A stretch of DNA of 64,000 bases from Elusimicrobiota bacterium (GTDB taxonomy: Bacteria; Elusimicrobiota; Elusimicrobia; UBA1565; UBA9628), in the NCBI GenBank assembly GCA_035606075.1, contig DATNGC010000060.1, forward strand, positions 1,450 to 65,449, written 5' to 3'. A model generated the notes under the pieces. That model was not told the origin of the DNA. It did not search any database and saw nothing but the letters and a program-made list of their open reading frames with translations. This document shows positions 50,263 to 57,428 of the stretch, in pieces (within the stretch, counting starts at the first letter, position 1; each line of letters opens with the position of its first letter). The position numbers and the translations under genes are program-made.

Positions 50263-50291
50263 TTGACAAAAAAACTACTAGGGTGTAGAAT
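50263..50291 (+). promoter_or_regulatory. Sigma70-like promoter candidate P4 of element B
   Basis: TTGACA, 17 nt, TAGAAT. It sits in a 190-nt gap that contains an A-tract. Confidence 0.55.
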
Positions 50292-50406
50292 CGGAGGCGT
50301 TGAATCAGATACGTGCCCTTGGCGGGGCAAACGTCGGAGACGTCCTCTCGCTTTTCGTGCCTCCTCGAGGCGCGCCCCGCCAGCTGTCAACGGCGGGGGC
50401 GCCTGA

Positions 50407-50787
50407 GTGACGGCGAGAATCCCCCAAGGCTTCAAGGCCAGCTGCAGCTGCTGCCGCCAGCGCGCCGCGCGCGCGACCGATTACTGCCCGGGCTGCCGGC
50501 GCGTCGTGTGCGCCGCCTGCGCCGCGCTGGACGGCCTCACGGCTCACCGGCCGCACGCTTTGACCGATCACGCCGGCTGGAAGGCCCACGGCGGCCGCCG
50601 GCCGGCGTCCTGGGGATCTCCGAAGGGGCGGGCTTCCGCGGTTAATGGAGCTCCGCGGCGGCCCGCCCCGGGGGCCGTGGTCGTGAGCTCCTGCAGCCTG
50701 CCGGGCGGCGTCAAGATCCTGCGGCCGGCGCTCGAGCACCTGATCCGCGCGCGGCTGCGCGCCGACGCGGTCGGAGGAACGCTGTGA
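50407..50787 (+). CDS. Cys-rich (zinc-ribbon-like) small protein
   Basis: CSCC..x10..CPGC..x4..CAAC near the N-terminus. 126 aa. Confidence 0.4.
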   Translation: MTARIPQGFKASCSCCRQRAARATDYCPGCRRVVCAACAALDGLTAHRPHALTDHAGWKAHGGRRPASWGSPKGRASAVNGAPRRPAPGAVVVSSCSLPGGVKILRPALEHLIRARLRADAVGGTL

Positions 50788-51095
50788 AGATCGCGATCAA
50801 GAGCCCCAGGATCTATCCGCGGCCGTTCGACGCGCCTCGAGCCGAGCCCGAGGGCCGCTGCTGCGTGGCGCTGAGCGACAACGAGGCCGTCGGCGCGATC
50901 GTCTTCGACCGCGGCCGCGGCTGCTTCACGATCGTCAACCCGGCGCAGGTCGCGGTCGTGTGCCTGACCGGCGCCGTGACGTTTCCCGGCCGGCTGATGA
51001 TCTCGTTTTGCCCTTACTGCGGCTTTCAATGGAACACGATCGCCGAGCAGAACGTGATCCTCACGCCACGGCCGCAGGAGAAGCCCCAATCATGA
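50784..51095 (+). CDS. Hypothetical small protein with C-terminal CPYC
   Basis: 103 aa, with ATGA overlap on both sides. Confidence 0.4.
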   Translation: MKIAIKSPRIYPRPFDAPRAEPEGRCCVALSDNEAVGAIVFDRGRGCFTIVNPAQVAVVCLTGAVTFPGRLMISFCPYCGFQWNTIAEQNVILTPRPQEKPQS

Positions 51096-51748
51096 ACGTC
51101 GCCACCGCGGCGGCGCCGGCGTCGATCGACGTCGTGAGCGCTTTCTGTTATAGCGCCGCCTGCAGGGGCGTCGATCGCGTGTGGAAGCGCGCGCTGCCGA
51201 CGTCCTCGGTCTACGCCTGCAGCAGCTGCGATCGCACGCGGGAGTTCTCGAGCGATCAGCCGGGATCCGCCGCGGGGGGGGGCAGCTCGAGCACCCCGGC
51301 GCCGGCGGCCGCGGCGGCGCCGGCCACGATTTCGCAAACGGTCAAATCGACCAGGAAGGAACGAACCATGCCCGATGAAACGAAGTTCAAGAGATCGCCG
51401 CTGCAGAGCGCGATCGTCGAAGCCGTGAAAGAGCAGCTCGTCGCCATCCGCGCCGAGATCGACGACCTCAAGAAGGATATCCGCGAAATCGGAAAGGGCG
51501 ACGGCGATCGCGACCTCGAGCGCAAGCTGGACGAGAAGCTCGAGCGCGAGATCCCGGAGCTCGTCACGCGCGCGGTCGTGCAGATGCTCGCGACGCCGGC
51601 CGGCGCCGTGCCGGCCAGGTCGAAGCGCGCCGCGGCCTCGAGCTCGGCCGAGGACGACGCCGGCGACGGCGATTGCGGCCACAAGAACAACCTGAAGAAG
51701 TGCGCGGGCTGCAGGGCCAAGCGCGCCGCGGCCGCCACGGAGAGCTGA
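51092..51748 (+). CDS. Hypothetical protein (Cys pairs at both ends, coiled-coil middle)
   Basis: ATG at 51092. It contains the G9 tract at 51274-51282, which codes AAGGGSS. An internal ATG at 51368 could be a second start. Confidence 0.4.
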   Translation: MNVATAAAPASIDVVSAFCYSAACRGVDRVWKRALPTSSVYACSSCDRTREFSSDQPGSAAGGGSSSTPAPAAAAAPATISQTVKSTRKERTMPDETKFKRSPLQSAIVEAVKEQLVAIRAEIDDLKKDIREIGKGDGDRDLERKLDEKLEREIPELVTRAVVQMLATPAGAVPARSKRAAASSSAEDDAGDGDCGHKNNLKKCAGCRAKRAAAATES

Positions 51749-51750
51749 CC

Positions 51751-51870
51751 ATGCCCGACCAACCTGCCGTCCCGATGGGCGCCGGCGCGAAGACCGCCGT
51801 CGGCGTCGTCATCGGCGTGATCGCGCTCGTGTTCCTCGGGATCCTGTTCACGACGCCGGTCGATCACTGA
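51751..51870 (+). CDS. Possible 39-aa membrane peptide
   Basis: MPDQPAVPMGAGAKTAVGVVIGVIALVFLGILFTTPVDH. Confidence 0.3.
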   Translation: MPDQPAVPMGAGAKTAVGVVIGVIALVFLGILFTTPVDH

Positions 51871-52106
51871 TGAACACCCCGCGCCAGATTTGGGAGACGC
51901 CGGAGCTCCTCGAGTACGTGACCGGAGAGGACGACGCGATGCTCGAGGCCGAATGCGCGCCGATCGGCGCGTGCTGGAAATCCGACTGTTGCGGCGCGAC
52001 CTCCGCGGACGTCCTCGTGGCGAAGGCGATGATCGGCCTCGCCGGCGAGCTCCTCAACGGGGGGGGGGGCGCTCATGAGCCACGCGAACGAGCGCGCCGC
52101 GGATAG
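51870..52106 (+). CDS. Hypothetical small acidic protein, contains the G11 tract near its 3' end
   Basis: 78 aa. G11 at 52059-52069 codes GGGG. Removing one G would fuse it to the 32-aa ORF 52075-52173. Confidence 0.35.
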   Translation: MNTPRQIWETPELLEYVTGEDDAMLEAECAPIGACWKSDCCGATSADVLVAKAMIGLAGELLNGGGGAHEPRERARRG

Positions 52107-52169
52107 ACTCGAGCTCGAGCGGCGCAAGCTGCAGCTGCCGCTGCCGATCGTCCTGAAGGAGCGCGCGCG

Positions 52170-52427
52170 ATGATGATGGCCGACGAGTTTCTGCAGGCCG
52201 ACGCGATCGCCGCGGCCGAGGTCGTCGCGCCCTGGTGGACGAGGACCGCGCTGCTGCCGGAGCTCCACGAATTTATTCCCCAGGGAATATTAGGCCCTGA
52301 CTGTCGCTGCGGATATTTGGACAAGGACGACCTCGAGGCGTGGAACGCCGACGGAGAGTACCTCTGGATCCACGAGCAGCTGTGGTGCGAGCGCGAGGAC
52401 GTAGACGCCGAGGAGCTCCCCCTGTGA
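52170..52427 (+). CDS. Hypothetical small acidic protein
   Basis: 85 aa. Confidence 0.4.
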   Translation: MMMADEFLQADAIAAAEVVAPWWTRTALLPELHEFIPQGILGPDCRCGYLDKDDLEAWNADGEYLWIHEQLWCEREDVDAEELPL

Positions 52428-52597
52428 CGAATCTCTTCGCCGCCCCGTTTTGCTTTTTCGTCGCGCTGCAGAATCTCCAATGGTTTCTCGAGAAGGGTCT
52501 ATCCCGTGATGCGTGGCTGGGTGTCGTCGGGATATTGATGGCGGGGATCAATCTCGGGATCGCGATCGGCCGCCTCGAGGAGCGCCCCCGTGGCTGA
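52424..52597 (+). CDS. Small membrane protein
   Basis: GTG at 52424 overlaps the upstream stop. Two hydrophobic segments. Confidence 0.35.
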   Translation: MTNLFAAPFCFFVALQNLQWFLEKGLSRDAWLGVVGILMAGINLGIAIGRLEERPRG

Positions 52598-52781
52598 GAA
52601 GATCGAGATCCCGTGCACGAACCCGGACTGTGCTCGATCGAAGCGCAGCTGCCGCCTCGAGCTCGAGCCGGTGGCGGGCGGCATGGTTGAGCTCACGGTG
52701 TTCGGCTGCTCAGGCGACGACGCGACGATTCGGATCCCGTGGTACGAGCTCGTCGAGCTACCCGGCAAGACGGCGCATTAA
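52590..52781 (+). CDS. Hypothetical small protein with CxxxxC and C-pair
   Basis: GTG start. 63 aa. Confidence 0.35.
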   Translation: MAEKIEIPCTNPDCARSKRSCRLELEPVAGGMVELTVFGCSGDDATIRIPWYELVELPGKTAH

Positions 52782-52790
52782 GGAGAAATC

Positions 52791-53027
52791 ATGCCCCACG
52801 ATAAGAACGGAATCGAGATCAAGCCCGGCGACGTGGTTCGCGTGCCGCCGGAGTCCTACATGCCCCACGAGAAGATCGGCGCGGTGCGCAGCGTCAACAA
52901 GGGATCCGACCTGTGCAATCTCTCTGTCGAGGTCATCGGCAAGCAGGCGCAGACCGAGCACTTCGAGAGCCTGCCGGCCGTGCAACTGATCACGGTCTCG
53001 GCGAAGGATTGCGAGAAGCTCGCCTAG
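52791..53027 (+). CDS. Hypothetical small protein
   Basis: 78 aa. An SD-like aaggag lies 8 nt upstream. Confidence 0.45.
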   Translation: MPHDKNGIEIKPGDVVRVPPESYMPHEKIGAVRSVNKGSDLCNLSVEVIGKQAQTEHFESLPAVQLITVSAKDCEKLA

Positions 53028-53097
53028 ATGAACGAACCCAAAGACGCCGGCGACGAGATCCGCGTCGCCGGCGTCTCGATGATCGAGGAGCGCCCCC

Positions 53098-53331
53098 GTG
53101 GCTAAGAGATCCTGCCGGCGCTGCGGCTGCACCGATGCTCGAGCTTGCCCCGACGGCTGCGCCTGGGCCGCTCGAGATCTCTGCACGGCCTGCGTGCCGG
53201 CGATCTACGTCGATTGGGTGTGGCAGCAATATCGCGCGTCGGCCGGCCGGCTCCTCGAGGAGCTCCGAACCTGGGACGAGATCTCCTGCGCGGCCGAGCA
53301 GCTCTACGCCGAGCGCCGAGGCTTCGCGTGA
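53098..53331 (+). CDS. Cys-rich small protein
   Basis: MAKRSCRRCGCTDARACPDGCAWAARDLCTAC has 8 Cys in the first 32 residues. Confidence 0.4.
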   Translation: MAKRSCRRCGCTDARACPDGCAWAARDLCTACVPAIYVDWVWQQYRASAGRLLEELRTWDEISCAAEQLYAERRGFA

Positions 53332-53567
53332 GCGAGATCCTCCGTTGCTGGAAATGCGGAAAACCGCTGACGGGCACGCTGTCGGGCTATACGGCACAGT
53401 GCTGCGGCGCGATCGCGTATTGGCATCGCGAGATCCGCGACCTGCACCTTCAATGGCGGGATCTCACCGACGTCCTGCTCGAGGCCGAGGGGCGCCGGCG
53501 ATCGCGTCACGTCATCGCGGCTATGATCCTCTCGGCGCTCGCCGGCGCGACGATCGCCCTGTGGGCT

Positions 53568-54635
53568 TTACGCGCACGCGACCGCCGCGCGCAGCCGGCG
53601 CGGCCGGCAGCGCGTGTAGATTCGCGTCGTGTCGAGCGAGGCATGGCCGAGCAGCTCCTGGACGGATCGAATGTCGGTGCCGCGATCGAGCAGCCGTGTC
53701 GCGAAGCTGTGGCGCAGGCAGTGGGGCGTGAAGTGACCGAGGCGCAGCCGCGGGTGCTTCCGCAGGAACGCCGGCAGGTAGCGCTCCCGCATGACGCGAT
53801 CGACGCGGCTGCCGTCCACGTGAGTGCCGAGGCCGGCGCGCTGCCGGCCGCGGCCGGGCATGGGCGGAAACATGTACGGCGACTCGAGGCCGCGGCGCTC
53901 GAGCACGGTCGCGCGAACCCGGATCCAGCGCTTCGCGATCTTGCGCAGCTCGGCGTGCATCGGCACGACCCGCCACTTCCCGCCCTTCGCGTTGTCGAAG
54001 ATCACGAAGCCGTCGTCGAAAGCGTAGCTCGCCTCCTTCAGCTGGCAGGTCTCCTGCAGGCGAGCTCCGCAGAAGTAGAGCGTGGCGACGATCAGCGCGT
54101 CGCGCAGCGCGATCATGGGATCTCGAGCGCCCGCGGGATTGGGCTGGATCCGCACGCCGCCCTTGACCGGATGGAATTTGCCCGTCACGCGCGACCGCGG
54201 CGCGCCCTCGGCCGAGCTCGCGATGAACTTGACGAGCTGCACGATCGTCTCGCGGTCCGCGATCGGCCGTGGGTGCATGCGGATCTTCGGCGCCTTGAGC
54301 AGAACGAAGGGATCGCAGTCGAGCTGCCCGAAGGCCAGGCCGTAGCGCCAGAACGCGCGCACGACGTCGTACACCTTGTCGGCCGCCCAATCGGACAGCG
54401 GCGCGCCGGCGCGCTCCTGGTGCCGGCGCGAGAACCACGTGAGGAAGCGGGTCACGAACCGGGCGGCCTCCTGGGCGCTGCCGCAGGGAAGGCGCTGCTG
54501 GTCGAGCTCGTGAAACTCCTCGAGCGCGCGCAGGTAGACGGCGTAGATCCGGATCGTGCTGGGGGCAAGCCGGCGCACGACCTGGCAGTGCTCGAGGTAC
54601 GCTTCAACGAGGGGCCCGATTTTTTTCATGCCCAA
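53568..54635 (-). CDS. Tyrosine recombinase / integrase of element B
   Basis: Catalytic blocks are YFCGARLQETCQL, HCLRHSFATRLLDRGTD and LGHASLDTTRIY. It starts about 90 nt from the tRNA. Confidence 0.85.
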   Translation of the reverse strand: MGMKKIGPLVEAYLEHCQVVRRLAPSTIRIYAVYLRALEEFHELDQQRLPCGSAQEAARFVTRFLTWFSRRHQERAGAPLSDWAADKVYDVVRAFWRYGLAFGQLDCDPFVLLKAPKIRMHPRPIADRETIVQLVKFIASSAEGAPRSRVTGKFHPVKGGVRIQPNPAGARDPMIALRDALIVATLYFCGARLQETCQLKEASYAFDDGFVIFDNAKGGKWRVVPMHAELRKIAKRWIRVRATVLERRGLESPYMFPPMPGRGRQRAGLGTHVDGSRVDRVMRERYLPAFLRKHPRLRLGHFTPHCLRHSFATRLLDRGTDIRSVQELLGHASLDTTRIYTRCRPRRLRAAVACA

Positions 54636-54723
54636 AAGAATAACCCCCGGCCTGTTGCGGAATTCAGGCCGGGGGTTATCGGTTCAGAGGGGGGCCGTCT
54701 TTCCCTCTCTCTCGTCGGAGATC

Positions 54724-54797
54724 TTGCGGGGGCTGGATTTGAACCAGCGACCTCAAGGTTATGAGCCTTGCGAGCTACCGGGCTGCTCTACCCCGCA
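54724..54797 (-). tRNA. tRNA-Met type (anticodon CAU); elongator, initiator or Ile2 (lysidine) identity not resolved
   Basis: The hand-folded reverse complement is TGCGGGG-TA-GAGC-AGCCCGGTA-GCTC-G-CAAGG-CTCATAA-CCTTG-AGGTC-GCTGG-TTCAAAT-CCAGC-CCCCGCA-A. All four stems pair. No CCA is encoded. Confidence 0.85.
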
Positions 54798-54849
54798 CCA
54801 CACTGTAGCAAAAATTCCCACCCAACACAAGGAGTGCTATACTCGAACC

Positions 54850-55362
54850 ATGAAACTCCTCGCCCTCCTCCTCCTGCTCCCCATCGCCGCCCTCGCCGCC
54901 GACGTCCCCCAAGTCGGCTCTCCAGCCCCCGACTTCACCCTCAACTCGCAGGAGGGCAAGCCCATCACCCTCAAGAAGCTCGAGGGAAATTGGGTCGTGC
55001 TGTACTTCTACCCCAAGGACTTCACCAAAGGCTGCACCATCGAGGCCCACAACTTCCAAGAGGACCTCTCCCAGTACAAGAAGAAAAAGGTCACCATCCT
55101 GGGCGTCAGCGTCCAAACCCCCGACTCCCACAAGTCCTTCTGCGAGAAGGAGCACCTGAACTTCAAGCTCCTGGCCGACGTCGACCACGCCGTTTCGACG
55201 GAGTACGGCTCCACCATGGAGCACAAAGGCGAGATCCTGTCCGCCCGGAACACCTTCATCATCGGCCCCGACGGCCTGATCAAGAGGGAGTTCGTCAAGG
55301 TCAACCCCGCCGGCCATAGTAAGGAAGTCCTCGCCGCCCTGACCGAGCTGCAGAAGAAGTAG
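54850..55362 (+). CDS. bcp: Thiol peroxidase / peroxiredoxin, Bcp type, with signal peptide
   Basis: ATG at 54850. The sequence reads MKLLALLLLLPIAALAA, then APDFTL..GK...L....W.VLYFYPKDFTKGCTIEA. Confidence 0.85.
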   Translation: MKLLALLLLLPIAALAADVPQVGSPAPDFTLNSQEGKPITLKKLEGNWVVLYFYPKDFTKGCTIEAHNFQEDLSQYKKKKVTILGVSVQTPDSHKSFCEKEHLNFKLLADVDHAVSTEYGSTMEHKGEILSARNTFIIGPDGLIKREFVKVNPAGHSKEVLAALTELQKK

Positions 55363-55439
55363 GCGAAAACGGCCTAGGTCCATCTCCGGGCGAAAACCGG
55401 GACCTTCGTCCCTAGGTGAATTCAAGGGGTCGGCGTAGA

Positions 55440-56441
55440 ATGACCCTCATGAACCGCCGACTTCTCGCCGCCGCGCTGATCCTGGCCCCGCTCCAAGCCC
55501 ACGCCCTGGGCGAGGGAGAGTTCGTCAACGGCATGACCCTCGACGCCCTTACTGCCATCACGGCCCAGATCCGCCAGGTCATAAAGGAACCCCAGAACCA
55601 GCAGCAGATCCCGCTCGTCATCCCCGTCGTCGACTTCGGCAACAAGCGCGCCGCGCGGTACCGCTACCGGAGGAAGGACGAGATCTTCTCCCTGGACGGC
55701 GCCAAGAGGCCCGTCCCGGTCGGCTGGGAGATGTCGGAGGTCCTCGAGACCAGCGGAGGCCAAGTCGAGCGCTTGATCGCCGTGGAGCCCGCCGGCGGCG
55801 GCGAGGGGAACAAGGACTACCAGGCCGAGAAGCGCAAGGTCGGCGCCGAGCCGGCCCGCCTCGCCAAGCTCCTCTCCGACGCCGACGAGCGGGCCAAGCT
55901 CCAGAAAAAGCAGAAGTCCGACGAGGATGCCCTCGTGAAGATGGTCAACGAGTTCCCGCGCGCCCTCCAGTACAAGTTCGAGGGCATCGAGCGCGACGCC
56001 GAGGGAGTGGAGATCGCCCGCGAGTCCTTCACGAGCAACGACTGCTCCCACACCCCGCACGTCGACCCCTGCTTCACCCCCAAGAGCCAAGAGGCCCGCA
56101 TCTTCGAGGGGATGAAAGGCATGATCTGGGTACGCGTGCGCGACAAGCACCTCGTGCGCTTTGAGACCGTCATCGACCACGACGTCAAGTTCGGCTGGGG
56201 CATCTTCTCCGCCAAGGCGAAGAAGGGCGGAAGCATCGCCATCACCCTGACCGACATCGACGGGAGCGGCAAGCGCTGGATCATCTCCGCCCTGGAGGAT
56301 CACATCACGATCACCAAGTCCGCCATGGCCAGCCTGTTCAGCGGCGGCGACGAGCGCGACAACGACAACCAGCGCATGAGCGGCTTCCAGCAGGTCGCCG
56401 ACATGAGCTTCGACCAGGGCGTCGAGCTCCTGCGAAGGTAA
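55440..56441 (+). CDS. Secreted hypothetical protein
   Basis: The signal peptide is MTLMNRRLLAAALILAPLQAHA. No domain recognised. Confidence 0.5.
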   Translation: MTLMNRRLLAAALILAPLQAHALGEGEFVNGMTLDALTAITAQIRQVIKEPQNQQQIPLVIPVVDFGNKRAARYRYRRKDEIFSLDGAKRPVPVGWEMSEVLETSGGQVERLIAVEPAGGGEGNKDYQAEKRKVGAEPARLAKLLSDADERAKLQKKQKSDEDALVKMVNEFPRALQYKFEGIERDAEGVEIARESFTSNDCSHTPHVDPCFTPKSQEARIFEGMKGMIWVRVRDKHLVRFETVIDHDVKFGWGIFSAKAKKGGSIAITLTDIDGSGKRWIISALEDHITITKSAMASLFSGGDERDNDNQRMSGFQQVADMSFDQGVELLRR

Positions 56442-56442
56442 G

Positions 56443-56928
56443 CTACTCCGGCAGCTTCAGGTCGAGGATGTCGCCGCCGAAGGCCCCGCCGTCGAGCGGG
56501 ACCTCTTCCTTCGGCGGAGGCGGGGGAGGCGGCGGAGGCCCCGCGGGGGCCGGCGCCTGCGGCACCAAGCCCAGCAGGTCGATCAGGTGCTTCTTCAGAC
56601 GGTCCATGTCGATGGGCTTTTGGAGGAAGCGCACCCCCGGATCTCCCGGGATCGCGCTCAGGAGCTCGTCCTCGCTGCGCCCCGTCACGAAGATGATCTT
56701 CGTCATCGCCGTGATGGAGTTGGTCCGCAGGCGCTGGTAGACCTTCGCCCCGTCGCCGGCCGGCATCTGGAAGTCGAGCGTGATCAAGTCCGGCTTGTCG
56801 CGCGCCGCGACCATCATCCCGCCGGAGGCGTCCATGGCCGAGGAGACCTGATGACCCATTTCCTCGAGGCGCATGCGAAGGAGGTCCACGATCGCCGCGT
56901 CGTCATCGATCACCAGGATCCGAGCCAT
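56443..56928 (-). CDS. Single-domain response regulator (CheY-like) with Pro-rich tail
   Basis: ARILVIDDD ... DLITLDFQMP ... KIIFVTG ... FLQKP, followed by PAPAGPPPPPPPPPKEE. Confidence 0.8.
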   Translation of the reverse strand: MARILVIDDDAAIVDLLRMRLEEMGHQVSSAMDASGGMMVAARDKPDLITLDFQMPAGDGAKVYQRLRTNSITAMTKIIFVTGRSEDELLSAIPGDPGVRFLQKPIDMDRLKKHLIDLLGLVPQAPAPAGPPPPPPPPPKEEVPLDGGAFGGDILDLKLPE

Positions 56929-56972
56929 TGTAAGTATGGTAACTCAGAAACGGCGACCGCGCAAGTCTTAAC

Positions 56973-57392
56973 TCAGTTCGGCGCGAACTCCGCCTCGAAC
57001 TCGCACTTGGCCGTGGAGCCGCAGGCCTCGGGGCCCCCGCCGTAGAGCGGCTCGACGCAGGCGATCTCGAAGGAGCCCTGCTCCTCGAGCTTGGTGAGGG
57101 ACGCCGCCACTTGCTCCGCGAAGTCGAAGGAGCCCGAGCCGCAGCGGCCCGGGCAGTCCGCCCCGATCTGGAACGCGTCGTTGGGCCCGATCAAGTCGTC
57201 CGTCTCGTCGAGCACCACGCCCTGCGGGGAAATCACCGTGATCTTGAGCTTGATGCCGCGCACCGCGGGGAAGCGGGAGGCAAGAGTGCCGGCGGCGCGA
57301 GCCTCGTCGTCGGCGTCGCGGCCGCGCTGGACCTTTTCCTCGTTCTTGCTCGGTCCGGTCTTGCGGCGCTTCTTGCGGTAAAATCCAGGCAT
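56973..57392 (-). CDS. Hypothetical protein
   Basis: 139 aa with a basic N-terminus and Cys pairs (CPGRCGSG, ACGSTAKC). Confidence 0.4.
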   Translation of the reverse strand: MPGFYRKKRRKTGPSKNEEKVQRGRDADDEARAAGTLASRFPAVRGIKLKITVISPQGVVLDETDDLIGPNDAFQIGADCPGRCGSGSFDFAEQVAASLTKLEEQGSFEIACVEPLYGGGPEACGSTAKCEFEAEFAPN

Positions 57393-57428
57393 CAGTGGGC
57401 TCCTTTTAAGACGTGCGCCAGTCTAGCA

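Larger units (their letters stand above)
32695..54766. mobile_element. Element B: integrated element of about 22 kb, probable tailless jelly-roll-capsid prophage
   Basis: It is bounded by the 36-nt repeat (32695-32730 and 54724-54759) with an integrase next to the tRNA. About 45 tightly packed rightward ORFs show frequent ATGA/GTGA stop-start overlaps. It has capsid-like beta proteins, a membrane-protein block and a glucosaminidase lysis cassette. Confidence 0.65.

Noticed and set aside
53145-54764. 539-aa plus-strand ORF running through the integrase locus.
   Set aside because: From about 53570 onward it is antisense to the integrase, which has clear catalytic motifs. Only the first stretch (from GTG 53328: VSEILRCWKCGKPLTG...ILSALAGATIALWAL) might be a real small Cys-plus-TM protein. 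That frame has no stop before it enters the integrase shadow, so I could not define a gene and did not call it.
54556-54849. N-terminal extension of the peroxiredoxin ORF, which runs across the tRNA gene.
   Set aside because: The extension would read through the tRNA and the integrase promoter region. ATG 54850 gives a normal signal peptide.
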